A stretch of DNA of 64,000 bases from Macrostomum lignano (taxonomy: Eukaryota): contig NIVC01000031.1 in the NCBI GenBank assembly GCA_002269645.1, positions 930,001 to 994,000 of the forward strand. Direction: 5' to 3'. The position numbers and the translations under genes are program-made. The notes under the pieces were generated by a model. It was not told the DNA's origin. It saw only the letters and a list, made by a program, of their open reading frames with translations, and searched no databases. Below, piece by piece: positions 37,145 to 50,520 of the stretch (within the stretch, counting starts at the first letter, position 1; every line of letters begins with the position of its first letter).

Positions 37145-37340
37145 TCCGGCTGCAGCTGATGGTCCGGCACTGGCTGCAGCTGATGGTCCGGCACTGGCTG
37201 CAGCTGATGGTCCGGCACTGGCTGCAGCTGATGGTCCGGCACTGGCTGCAGCTGATGGTCCGGCACTGGCTGCAGCTGATGGTCCGGCACTGGCTGCAGC
37301 TGATGGTCCGGCACTGGCTGCAGCTGATGGTCCGGCACTG
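37145..37340. repeat. 24-bp tandem repeat (CCGGCACTGGCTGCAGCTGATGGT), about 8 units
   Basis: Read directly. Confidence 0.95.
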
Positions 37341-37389
37341 GTTGCTCTGAGGCCGGGCGAACGGTGTCCACCACCTTCTCGGTAACGTG

Positions 37390-38490
37390 GGACACGTTAA
37401 TGTTTTAATCGCTTTCATGAGACTGTCCAGGTAGAGCCATAAATTAGGATGTCCGGTCTTAATCAGTCGTGACAGGCCCCTGTGGTAGTACTCAAAATCG
37501 CAGTTTGTGCGCTTGGTGAGTCCGTGTACTGAGAGGCGACTGCTTCCCACGCGCTGCAATCAGAAAGTGCCGATGTAGTTATGAACGCGGGACAGAGCGG
37601 TGTGCACTTCTCCTGACAGGCCGACCGGCAATTAACGATCCCATAATTAATGTCGACAGCACTGGCGATCTCATCCCCGGCCAGAAGCTTCAGCAGCCAC
37701 TGTCTTACTCTGATCCGAAGCACTGCGGCTGATGAACTGCTGAAGATCGCATGTCTTAAACTTGCCGACGACAGCCTGGCAGAAGTGAAATCAGCAGCCT
37801 CGGACTTCAGTATCCGGAAATGTGGCTTCGGCGGCAGCGATTAGAGCCAGTTCGTAGTCCGTGACAAATAGTACACACGGCGGCGGAAGGACAAAGCGCA
37901 GATGCAACGTGCCCTAGTGCCGCTGAATACAAGGTCCTTCGTTTTGCGGTTTATGAGTACATACACTGCCGGCCAGAAAGTGTCAAGCTCGACGAACCCT
38001 TTTGTGAGAAGCTGATAGGACAGCTAGCCGTGGCACCGTCTTGAAGGTACCATCCATGCACTATGTCGCCACACATGCAAGCCGGCGGAGCATGTCAGGG
38101 TCCGGAGCATCGAGAAGGGCCTCAAGTGACGTTGGCGTCCTCAGGTAGCGGCGGAATGATTCTGCGACACTGTCGATACATTGTGCTTCGATTTCCGCAA
38201 AGCCGATCCCAGTCAGGAAGCAGCTGTGCACTTTGCGTCCAATACCTCCAGACTGGCGCTGCTCACCTCAGCCTACCTCTTTAGTCGCGATTTGAGTTGC
38301 AGCATCTCCTTCTGTCGAGGCTCCACTGCACTTAGTGGTTGTGCGCGGAGGTACGAAATTGTTCATCCTGTTGGACAGTAGTGCGGCCCGGGCAGGTTTT
38401 CTGCGTGCATCGGTAGCCTCGCACTCCGTTGCGGTCACTGCATGTCCTTGCGATACAGGAGGCCTTTATACCAATAAAGGCACGAGCGTC
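37390..38490 (-). pseudogene. Degenerate FLYWCH-MULE (Mutator-like) transposase
   Basis: Hand translation across frameshifts: YKGLLY / YRCTQKTCPGR...HNH (FLYWCH), CMDGTFKTVP, TDYELALIAA, FHFCQA, RTNCDFEYYHRGLSRLIKTGHPNLW. Confidence 0.8.
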
Positions 38491-41400
38491 TTCTGTTTCC
38501 CTCGACTGGCTCCATTCTTGAACTATTTAGTGATTTAGATTGGTGCCATCGGATGAGCGTTCGGCTTTTAAGCTACACACACACACAGACACAATTTCCC
38601 TCAGTTATTGCGCATCTTCAATGTGCATGTAGTTCGCATTACACTGATTGGATCAAGGGGACGACTTAAGTATAGAAGAGCTACAGGAAACCTCGTTTCT
38701 TGGAAAAATTTTAAGGCAGGCTTTTCCGAAAAATATACTCATTCATTTTCATTCAGTCTTCATTTTTTTCAGCACAAAAATTGTTATTGCTTGTGAGGGT
38801 AGGAGGCAGATCCAGTGTTCATATTTTGATATTTTGTGCCTTTTTTATTGCTCTATCGATATTTATAAAGCTTTTCGTTCAAAAGATTAGGATTCTATGT
38901 TGTGTAGACCTAAAATCACATATTTACACTTTGTGATTTTGGAACTTTATATTAAGGCCTAGGGCCTGACAAATAGCAAATTATAGATGGTTTTATCCTT
39001 GGTGCCGTTTGCTATCTTAGGTAAAAAACTATTTATAATACCAAATTAAAACTAGGTCCAGGAGTTAAATATAAAAAATTCTTATAGCCTAGGTGCCTAG
39101 ACTCTTATCTTTCATCTTATTCTCTATATATATTGCTTTGACAGTTTGACTTTAGGGTCCTATAGGCCTTTGATTTGACCCAAGTCCCAAATTTTTTTAT
39201 GTAGGCCTATTATATTGCTAATATATTGGAGTTTAAGGCCTATTCTGTTTTTGATCAACTATCAAATAATTTATTTTGTTTTAGGCCCCTAGGTTTTGAT
39301 AAGTTGGCATCAATAGGCCTATATAAAAATAGTATCAATTTGGTATTGGGATCCTAATCTAGCCAAATTAAAGTTAGGATAGGCCTACCATGGCATTTAT
39401 TATTTCAAAAACTTTTATTATAGGTTGGGTTATGGGTTTTTATTATAGCTAGAATTACAAAACAGCTAGAGTATTTTAATTTTGGGCTTATTTGGGACTT
39501 ATTTTAGGTCAATCTATCTATTTACTTTAAAAGTCCTAGATCTGCCATTGAATATTGAAAGATAGCCAACTAAACTTCAGAGCTTAACTTTAAAATTATA
39601 TTATACAATATTTTCAAAAAGGCTAGTTAGTCTACTAAGGCTATTAGTAGCTCTTAACTAGGCCTAGTCTAACCAGAGGGTTTACCAATATTATTATTGC
39701 CAATCATCTTAGATACTAGCCTAATTAGCTAGGCCTATCATTAAATCTTGGCATTCTTGTGGTGGGTGCAACTCTGTTACCCTGAGGAAAGTACCCACCT
39801 GACTTAGCTATAGGGGACTCCAAGTGTTTGGAAAATAGAAAATAGGCATTGCCACCTATCTTGCTAACCTCTAGCAGAGGAAAATACCCAACTCCTCTAT
39901 GAACAACTATCCAAGTTTAGCCAAAATACCCAAATAGTATCTTAAGCAGCAAGCCAACTTGCCTTTGTTTTGAAGAGCAAAATGGATAAAAATTATCTAG
40001 ATCTTATCTAATAGTATATCCAAGTCTAAGGACCAATTATACTAAGACAAACCAGCTAGCCAAGGTAAATTGCAAGAATGCCTACCCAAAAATATAGAGG
40101 TAGACTACTAATTAGATGATAAGGCATTTAGGATTAATAATATAATATTACCATAATTATTTCTGTTGTTTATCCAAAATTGTTAATTTTAACTTTTGGG
40201 TTTCAAATAAGTAATGTTTTTTGTCAAAAGGTAAGTCACATATCTACATGTATGTGCAACCTTGGGAATCACCCAGCCATTTCTATTGGCAACAAATACA
40301 TATAAGTTGCTATTGGCTGAGAGCAGTCACGTGATTAGGCCTATTATTCCATCCAATAGTGACTTACATGTATCTGTTGCCAATAGAAATGGTTGAGTAA
40401 ATCCCAAGGTTGTGCCCAAGGCCCCAAGCATGCATATCCAGTGTAAATCAAGGTGTTGCACATGCATGATCAGAGTGATAATAGGCCTAACCTAGTTTAA
40501 CTTATCACTTCTAAATAGCCTAAATAGGTCTCATTTGTATATACATTATATAAAATTTAATATATGCAAGAAAAATTGCCAAGACTATATTTAACTTAAC
40601 TTTAACCTTTACCACCATATTTATACAAGGTGCATATGATATTGAAAATCTGTTGTTTAATTCCCTGACCTGACCCTAGGGACTAGACCTATGATGCACT
40701 TTGGAAAAAAGGCACTGCAGACCTAAAACTCATTGGGAGGTATCTAGTATGTATCTACAAGTCAATAACTTCATGGTGTTTGACAAGCTCCTTGTGCATA
40801 TTGTGAATGAATTAGCTGAAAGCAATTTGACTGTTTAACAATTAATTCATTAGCTAAATATACCAAGTTGTATTCAAATTGATAAATGTATTAATAAGAT
40901 AAAAAGTTGAAATAATTGTCTGAATTTACTTTGATGACCCTGAATTTGATTTCATGCTATTTACATTGTCATTACTGTTTTTATTATTATTATTATTACT
41001 GATTTCTTGTTATTACTGTCTGGAGTTGCTTGCTATCGAGGGATGCTTGGCATTGCTTGCTATGTGGGAATGCTTGCTATCTGGAAGATGCAAGCTTGCT
41101 TTCTGGGGGGATGCTTGCTATCTGGGTGGATGCTTGCTTTCTGGGGGGATGCTTGCTATCTGGGGGATACTTATAAGTTAGGGATGCTTGCCATCCATCT
41201 GGGGGAGATGCTTGCAATCTGGGGGATGCTTTCAATTTAGTTGGAATGGCTGTCATCAATATCTTTGTGAGGGCTTTATTTTGTTGCATCCTTTTGTTAC
41301 TTTTTGAAGCAAGATATCATAGCAAGCATCTTTTTCGGTGATAATAGGGCGATTTATAAAACTAAAGAAGGAATTGGTTCTTAAGAAAATGTTCTTTTTA

Positions 41401-41571
41401 ATGGATTTGCATGAATAAATTTTGCTCCTTGCTTATTGGGCGCCCCGAAGGGGGCACTAGATTGCATGTATAAAAAAGCCATATTTATTAACTGTTTGTG
41501 AAAAAAACCCTAGGAAGTTTGGATGTTTCACTAGTATTGACCTCAAACTTAAGCCTATTACTAATTTTTGC

Positions 41572-44500
41572 ATGCGTCCACTGCTTCAAGCCTGTCGGGC
41601 AATGTCTTTGAAAGGCGGCCCTAGTGCCACATATTTAGCAACCCTAACTAGGGAAGAGCTAATTAATCGGGTTCAGCAACTCGAAGCTCAGGTGGTTCAG
41701 CTTCGGCCATTGGTGTCACCTGCTGGTGTTGTTGATGTTAGCGAAGCTGGGGAAGAGAAACTGCAGCTGATGCTGCCACAGCCAGGCAAAGGAAGGCGCA
41801 GACAGCGTGAAGGTCGAGTAGATTTTAATCAGTTTAAACAGCGCCGAGTGGCACTTCGGATTGCCTATATGGGCTGGGCCTTCGATGGCTCCGCTTTGCA
41901 GGTAGGGGTTTTTAACACTGTCCGGGTGTAATATAGACACAGGGTTTCTCAGAAGGGCACACCCACGCTGGGTCTCCATGGAAGGTATCATACTGGGTGT
42001 CCATGGAAGGTACAATTAGACTAGGTGTCCATGAAGCTTACAATCAGACGCTGGGTGTCCCTGGAGGGTACAATCAGACACTGGGTGTCGCTGGAGGGCA
42101 CAACACTGGGTGTCCAAGGAGGGCACAATCAGACACTAGGTGTCCAAGGAGGGCACAATCAGACACTAGGTGTCCAAGGAGGGCACAATCAGACACCGGG
42201 TGTCCAAGGAGGGCACAATCAGACACCGGGTGTCCATGGAGGGCACAATCAGACACCGGGTGTCCAAGGAGGGCACAATCAGACACCGGGTGTCCATGGA
42301 GGGCACAATCAGACACTGGGTGTCCCTGGAGGGCACAATCAGACACTAGGTGTCCAAGGAGGGCACAATCAGACACTAGGTGTCCAAGGAGGGCACAATT
42401 AGACACTGGTGTCCTGGAGGGACAATCAGACACTGGGTGTCGCTGGAGGGAACAATCAGACACTGGGTGTCGCTGGAGGGAACAATCAGACACTGGGTGT
42501 CGCTGGAGGGAACAATCAGACACTGGGTGTCGCTGGAGGGTACAATCAGACACTGGGCACAATTAGACACTAGGTTCCAAGGAGGGCACAATCAGACACT
42601 GGGTGTCGCTGGAGGGAACAATCAGACACTGGGTGTCCAAGGAGGGCACAATCAGACACTGGGTGTCGCTGGAGGGAACAATCAGACACTGGGTGTCCAA
42701 GGAGGGCACAATCAGACACTGGGTGTCGCTGGAGGGAACAATCAGACACTAGGTGTCCAAGGAGGGCACAATCAGACACTGGGTGTCGCTGGAGGGAACA
42801 ATCAGACACTGGTGTCGCTGGAGGGAACAATCAGACACTGAGTGTCGCTGGAGGGAACAATCAGACACTGGGTGTCGCTGGAGGGAACAATCAGACACTG
42901 GGTGTCGCTGGAGGGAACAATCAGACACTGGGTGTCGCTGGAGGGAACAATCAGACACTGGGTGTCGCTGGAGGGAACAATCAGACACTGGGCACAATTA
43001 GACACTAGGTGTCCAAGGAGGGCACAATCAGACACTGGGTGTCGCTGGAGGGAACAATCAGACACTGGGTGTCGCTGGAGGGAACAATCAGACACTGGGT
43101 GTCCAAGGAGGGCACAATCAGACACTGGGTGTCGCTGGAGGGAACAATCAGACACTGGGTGTCCAAGGAGGGCACAATCAGACACTGGGTGTCGCTGGAG
43201 GGAACAATCAGACACTAGGTGTCCAAGGAGGGCACAATCAGACACTGGGTGTCGCTGGAGGGAACAATCAGACACTGGGTGTCGCTGGAGGGAACAATCA
43301 GACACTGAGTGTCGCTGGAGGGAACAATCAGACACTGGGTGTCGCTGGAGGGAACAATCAGACACTGGGTGTCGCTGGAGGGAACAATCAGACACTGGGT
43401 GTCGCTGGAGGGAACAATCAGACACTGGGTGTCGCTGGAGGGAACAATCAGACACTGGGCACAATTAGACACTAGGTGTCCAAGGAGGGCACAATCAGAC
43501 ACTGGGTGTCGCTGGAGGGAACAATCAGACACTGGGTGTCGCTGGAGGGAACAATCAGACACTGGGTGTCGCTGGAGGGAACAATCAGACACTGGGTGTC
43601 GCTGGAGGGAACAATCAGACACTGGGCACAATTAGACACTAGGTGTCCAAGGAGGGCACAATCAGACACTGGGTGTCGCTGGAGGGAACAATCAGACACT
43701 AGGTGTCTAAGGAGGGCACAATCAGACACTAGGTGTCCAAGGAGGGCACAATCAGACACTGGGTGTTCAAGGAGGGCACAATCAGACACTAGGTGTCTAA
43801 GGAGGGCACAATCAGACACTAGGTGTCTAAGGAGGGCACAATCAGACACTAGGTGTCCAAGGAGGGCACAATCAGACACTGGGTGTTCAAGGAGGGCACA
43901 ATCAGACACTAGGTGTCTAAGGAGGGCACAATCAGACACTAGGTGTCTAAGGAGGGCACAATCAGACACTGGGTGTCCAAGGAGGGCACAATCAGACACT
44001 AGGTGTCCAAGGAGGGCACAATCAGACACTAAGTGTCGCTGGAGGGCACAACACTAGGTGTCGCTGGAGGGCACAATCAGACACTGGGTGTCCAAGGAGG
44101 GCACAATCAGACACTAAGTGTCGCTGGAGGGCACAACACTAGGTGTCGCTGGAGGGCACAATCAGACACTGGGTGTCCAAGGAGGGCACAATCAGACACT
44201 TGGTGTCCAAGGAGGGCACAATCAGACACTAAGTGTCGCTGGAGGGCACAACAGTAGGTGTCGCTGGAGGGCACAATCAGACACCGGGTGTCCAAGGAGG
44301 GCACAAACAATTTATAAACACAGTTAAGAGTATATTTAGACGATCAAGGTTGAAAATGTTTACGTAGAGTCGTAGACACACAAATAAATGACTAATCACT
44401 ACCCCCCTGACCAGGACAACACAGACAACACGGTACTCGGCCGCTTGTGCGACGGTTTAAAACGCGTACAATTAATCGAATCGATAGACACTTGCAATCT

Positions 44501-46175
44501 AGTGTCTTGCGCTCGAACTGACAAAGGCGTCTCAGCCCTGGCTAATGTTGTATCGTTAAATATTCGCAGCCTACTGTCCGACTGCAACACCGGTTGCATA
44601 CCGGACACTGGACCGGACATTGGCAAGAGGCGAACGCCTCCGTCTAGTGAGGACACGGAGGCTAACGAACTGGATCCTGTTGGTCCGCTTAATAGAGTGC
44701 TGCCGCGCGAGCTGCGAGTGCTGGCTTGGGCACCTGTGACGCCAGATTTCAGTGCCAGATTCGCCTGTAAAGGCCGGGAATACCTGTACCATTTTCCTCG
44801 GTCAACGTTCAATATAGAAGCTATGCGGGACGCCTGTAAACGCTTTGTTGGGGAGCACGATTTCAGGAATTTTTCAAAATTCTCCCCAGATCAGGCTAAT
44901 TATTGTCGAACTGTAATGGAGTGCGATATTGAACCTGTTGATTACTGCAGTCAAGCATCAGATCATAATCAGATGTTCGCGTTCCGAGTTCGAGCTACGG
45001 CCTTTCTTTATCATCAGATTCGGAATATGTTCTCCGTGCTGGCTCTGGTTGGTCAAGGGCTTGAAGAGCCAAGTATTGTTGATAAACTGCTGGATGTGAA
45101 TGCTACTCCTAGGTGAGTTTTATACTGGTCGACGTCTTAATGAAAACGTTACCTCGGCCAAGAAGCGTTCAAAAGTCGTTGCAGGTAACCACAGGTAAAA
45201 TAGGAACAAAGTGACTCTAGACGACTCTAAAACGACAAGATGTCACGGTACAAGTCGCCTAAAAGTCAATTTGAGGTGTTTTTTTTGTCTGCGACTCTGA
45301 AATGACTGGCATCGTACAGTCGTATCTGAGGCGTGATAGAGTCGCTGTAGTATCTGTCACTTTATGAATCAAATCAACTACTTTGTGGGCCTAAGTCCGT
45401 AATGGGCAGATGTGCAACCGACAGCTCAGTCGCAGCTATTGCGCGGCGCATCTGGAGGCTGCGTACGGCTGTTCAGTCCAAGGACTGGGGGGTCACCACA
45501 CACACCCTCAATTACCCCAGCTAATGCTGGCACCCATTTTACAGCTGGGCGAACTGAAGCAATGCAGAGTTACGAGTAAGTGTCTTGCTCAAGGACACAA
45601 ATTGTTCCGAGTGCAGGATCAGGAATCGAACCCCCGACCTTCAAGTCGTGAGTCCGACACTCTAACTACTAGGCTAACTTAAACAACGACTCTTGGACCA
45701 CTTCTTACGATTCTACAACTCACGTGATGCACTTGTGACTCAATTTTTTTACATCAACCTCCACAGGAAGCCAGAATATGTGTTGGCCAATGGTCTCCCA
45801 TTAATCTTATCCAAAGCCGAATTCGATCATCTCGATTGGCGTTGCTCAGCGGACGCCCGCGAGCATCTCAGCGTCACTTTGCAGCGTCACTGGACTGAGC
45901 TGACCGTCCGATCCTGCCTTGCTCGTCTAGCTGTCGATCTTCTGCCTTTTACTCCGCCAACGTTGAATTGGTCTCATCTGAGCACCGGGCTGCTGCCCGA
46001 GCTGCGATGTAGGCAGCACCGACCGCTGCTCAAGCGTCAGCTGCAGGCCAGCTTCGAGGAGATGCGCGAACGAGCGGATAGCAAGCGGCAATTGAAGCAG
46101 CTGGCAGCAACTGGTGACGGCGATGTCGTTCAAGACGAGAAGCGGCCCCGGTTAGAGGAAGCTTGCGTAGAGTGA
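41572..46175 (+). CDS. PUS3: tRNA pseudouridine(38/39) synthase (TruA family), about 478 aa. Exons 41572-41901, 44415-45112 and 45767-46175
   Basis: RRVALRIAYMGW, RTDKGVSA, FSARF, HDFRNF, AFLYHQIR and KPEY...PLIL; junction phases 0 and 2 are consistent. Confidence 0.9.
41960..44310. repeat. About 30-bp minisatellite (GGAGGG[C/A]ACAATCAGACACTGGGTGTC[CAA/GCT])n in PUS3 intron 1
   Basis: Read directly. Confidence 0.96.
45387..45676 (-). mobile_element. tRNA-derived SINE, full length, in PUS3 intron 2
   Basis: Reverse-complement match to 53461-53750. Confidence 0.88.
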
Positions 46176-46244
46176 TTTGTCTGCAGTCTCATCGGAGTCT
46201 TTGTAACCTCGTGTGTGTAACTGGCTACTGGTGTCTAATTACTG

Positions 46245-46247
46245 TCC

Positions 46248-46303
<56 letters not shown>

Positions 46304-46305
46304 CG

Positions 46306-46353
<48 letters not shown>

Positions 46354-46383
46354 TTGTGTCTGTCAGTCTGTCTGTCTGTCTCG

Positions 46384-46417
<34 letters not shown>

Positions 46418-46442
46418 GTGTCTGTCTGTCTGTCTGTCTTTG

Positions 46443-46473
<31 letters not shown>

Positions 46474-46480
46474 GTCAGTC
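46245..46480. repeat. (TCTG)n microsatellite
   Basis: Read directly. Confidence 0.96.
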
Positions 46481-46984
46481 TCTATTTTTCGAAGCTACAT
46501 GCCTCTATGGGACCAATTTAATACGATATCTTTCGTAAATTCGTTCATCTAAGCCAGCCAATACATCAAAATCATTAGCTACAATCGGGAAAAGATTCTA
46601 TAAAAAATACAATTTCGATTCGGTCTTCGTTTATCATCCTGGGGTAGTCTGACTCTGAAAGTCTTCTTATAAAATCGCATGCAAAATTGGCAAACCAATT
46701 TTGAATTGTACTACTGACTTGAGGTTTTCAGTAGAATTTCAAGGATTTTCGCACTATTTTTACGTGTAGTCAAATTGTTTTGCTAATTAAATGATGAAAT
46801 AAAACCTTTATCGTGCAGTTATCTTGAAGCATTTATATGGTGCAACCTTCAGTCTGCAGAAATTGTGTGTTGGAAAAATTAGCTGTCTTATTTGTATCTG
46901 ACAGTTTTCTTGCATTTTTTTTTTCGTTTTTTACTGAAAGTAGGGACTTCTTTTGTATGCTGTCTTTTGGGGTGGTCAAAGGCC

Positions 46985-47365
46985 GTCTCCTGACAAATTG
47001 TTCTGACATTCAAAGATTGCTCCTGACAACAACTTCTGACATTCCAAGATTGCTCCTGACAACAACTTCCGACATCCCAAGATTTCTCCTGACAAAAACT
47101 GACATTCCAAGATTGCTCCTGACAATAACTTCTGACATTCCAAGATTGCTCCTGACAACAACTTCTGACATTCCAAGAATGCTCCTGACAACAACTTCTG
47201 ACATTCCAAGATTGCTCCTGACAACAACTTCTGACATCCCAGGATTGCTCCTGACAACAACTTCTGACATCCCAGGATTGCTCCTGACAACAAGTTCTGA
47301 CATCCCAGGATTGCTCCTGACAACAACTTCTGACATCCCAGGATTGCTTCTGACAACAACTTCAG
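46985..47365. repeat. 33-bp tandem repeat (TTCTGACATTCCAAGATTGCTCCTGACAACAAC)n
   Basis: Read directly. Confidence 0.94.
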
Positions 47366-48094
47366 CAATTCCGAGGTTGCACCTGACGTCTTTCAGCATA
47401 GTTTTTGTTAATAAAAGGCTCGCTTAGTCTTTAGGTGATTGCTGCTCTGTGTTATATAGCTGCTCTACATAGCTACTTGTGTTTCTTACCAAGCAAGCAA
47501 AGGTATGTATTGACGCTGAATAATTTATGCAGATAATTTCCTCCAAACTACACAGCTGCGCACACTATAGGATGGTTAGTTAAAACGGTTTCCTTGCAAT
47601 TCTATACACCTCGCCTAGATGAGTTATAGCTACTTACGTTTCAGCTCAGGCCCAACTAAATTAATTGAAAACTTATATAGCGTACGTACAGACACTAGCT
47701 ATAAACTAAACTATATGGAGAAGTTTATCGATTCTTTTCTATTGGTCGATTGTGTTTTTTGGCAATAATTGCATATTTCAGTAGCAAAGTAAAGATGGAC
47801 AAATGAACTGCCAACAGGGCGGGTCTTCAAAAGTCTTGAATGGAGAGCTGCACAAGTGCCGAAGCTATAGTTTTTAACTGTAGCAGACAGTCCTGCCTAG
47901 CTGACTGCAGGAAAGGAGAGTGCTGTATCGATCTCTGTGTATTGGAGGCGAGCTGTGTGATGTTTGTCCTCCGTGCATTAGCTAATTTTGTACCTATTGG
48001 TTCCAGCCTGTCCTGGACTTATAGCTGTGCCGCATTCCTTTTCGGGAGATGTTCTAATAATGTTTCTATAGCTGAGGGTCTATATTTCAGCTAT

Positions 48095-48805
48095 TCTCGG
48101 CTGATTATAAGAATCTATAGATCTCTCAAGGCTAGGATTCTCGGCTGATTCTAAGAATCTATAGATCTCGCTAGGCTAGGATTCTCGGCAGATTTTTCTG
48201 AGTCTATAGATCTCGCTAGACTAAGATTCTCGACTGATTCTAAGAATCCATAGATCTCGCTAGGCTAGGATTCTCGGCAGATTTTTCTGAATCTATAGAT
48301 CTCGCTAGAGTAAGATTCTCGACTGATTGTAAGAATCTATAGATCTCGCTAGGCTAGGATTCTCGGCAGATTTTTCTGAATCTATAGATCTCGCTAGAGT
48401 AAGATTCTCGACTGATTGTAAGAATCTATAGATCTCGCTAGGCTAGGATTCTCGGCTGATTCTAAGAATCTATAGATCTCGCTAGGCTAGGATTCTGGGC
48501 TGATTCTAAGAATCTATAGATCTCGCAAGGTTAAGATTCTCGGCTGATTCTAAGAATCTATAGATCTTGCTAGGCTAGGATTCTGGGCTGATTCTAAGAA
48601 TCTATAGATCTCGCAAGGTTAAGATTCTCGGCTGATTCTAAGAATCTATAGATCTCGCTAGGCTAGGATTCTCGGCTGATTCTAAGAATCTATAGATCTC
48701 GCTAGACTAAGATTCTCAGCTGATTCTATGAATCTATAGATCTCGCTAGGCTAAGACTCGGCTGATTCTAAGAATCTATAGATCACGCTAGAGTAAGATT
48801 CTCGA
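48095..48805. repeat. 44-bp tandem repeat (GAATCTATAGATCTCGCTAGGCTAGGATTCTCGGCTGATTCTAA)n
   Basis: Period measured 48111 to 48155. Confidence 0.94.
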
Positions 48806-49529
48806 TCTATCTAATAAACGTAAGTTCCGATCTTAATACTTTCCGAAGAGAGATCGAAAATTTAATCATCTAAAACGATTTTTAATATCGATTTTATTGC
48901 ACTAGCTAAACGGCTAATTTTGTTTAAATACAAACTGACTTTTATTATTCTTAAGGAAGAAATTCTGAGCACACTTTAATCCCCATAGGATTTTTTTAGT
49001 GTCACTAGCTATCTCTTAATAGTATAGTCAGTGTATTAGCCAAAGATTTCAACTTGACTTTGAGACCGCCATAGTGCCAAGTAAACTTATCTCCCTAATA
49101 TCTTGGCAAGACATTATCATTTGCTGCACAAGCCGACACAATCCAGCTTTTATAGTTGAATTTTCTATCTCTCTGCCACTTGCTTGTTCGTCCCCACAGT
49201 TTCCATTTCTTTTTTCTCCTGATCTGTCTTGACTGGCTGAGCCTCTTAGTATGCAAATTTTTAGCAGAGCAGTCTGTTCTGCAGTTCCGCAGTGTTGAGT
49301 CCTGGCTGCTCAGATTCTAACTCTCCAACCCCCTCCACCCTGTCACCCTCGGGATCTTTGATTTCTAATTAGTGAGCTGGCTTCTATTTCGGCTGAGAGA
49401 AGTCTCATTGCGGCTGTCGGCTCTTAGGAGTCGATTCGGCTTGCGCGTTTTTCTGGCAGCATGCCAATTGTTGAAATATATAATGCATGTCTTGTGCGGC
49501 ATTTCTTATTCCTCATCTGGCTCTGCGTG

Positions 49530-50520
49530 TCTCCCCTGTACCCTTCTCTCTCCCCCTCTTCACTTCTCCTCCCCTCTCCACTTCTCCCTCTCCACTTCTG
49601 CCTCTCCCGTCTCTTTCTCTCCCCTCTCTTTCTCTCCCCTCTCTTACTCCCTCTGCCCTCTCTTGCTTCCTCTCTTCTCTCCCTTTTTCCCTCTCCCTCT
49701 CTACTTCTCCCTCTCCCTCTCTACTTCCCCCTATCCCCTCTCTTTCTCCCTCTCCCTCTCCCTTTCTCCCTCTCCCTCTCTACTTCTCCCTCACCCCTCT
49801 CTTTCTCCCTCTCTTCTCTCCCTTTCTCCCTCTCCCTCTCTACTTCTCCCTCTCCCTCTCTACTTCCCCCTATCCCCTCTCTTTCTCCCTCTCCCTCTCC
49901 CTTTCTCCCTCTCCCTCTCTACTTCTCCCTCACCCCTCTCTTTCTCCCTCTCCCTCTCCACTTCTCCCTCTCCCTCTCTACTTCCCCCTATCCCCTCTCT
50001 TTCTCCCTCTCCCTCTCCCTTTCTCCCTCTCCCTCTCTACTTCTCCCTCACCCCTCTCTTTCTCCCTCTCCCCTCCCCACTTCTCCCTCTCCCCTCTCCA
50101 CTTCTCCCTCTCCCCTCTCCACTTCTCCCTCTCCCCTCCACTTCTCCCTCTCCACTTCTCCCTACCCCCTCTCTTTCTCCCTCTCCCTCTCTACTTCTCC
50201 CTCACCGCTCTTTTTCTCCCTCTCTTTCTACATCTCCCTCTCCCATCTCTTTCTCCCTCTCTTTTCTCCACTTCTCCCCTTCCCCTCTCTTTCTCCCTCT
50301 CCCCTTTACACTTCTCCCCTCCCCTCTTCACTTCCCCTCTCCCTCTCTCTTCTCCGCTCTCTATCTCCCCGTCTCTCTTACTTTGTCTCCCTTCTAATTT
50401 CTCTCTCTCTCCTTCACCTTCTTTGTCTCCCTCTCTTCCTCTCTCCCTCTCCCCTCTTCCTCCTCTTTAACTATCCATCATTTATCTACCTCCCAGCCCC
50501 CTTACTTCCCACACACTAGC
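49530..50520. repeat. About 1-kb polypyrimidine (CT-rich) low-complexity tract
   Basis: Read directly. Confidence 0.95.

Noticed and set aside
42074-44327. Cys/His-rich repeat ORFs (HPVSDC...) resembling metal-binding proteins
   Set aside because: They lie within PUS3 intron 1, whose flanking exons join cleanly; minisatellite artefact.
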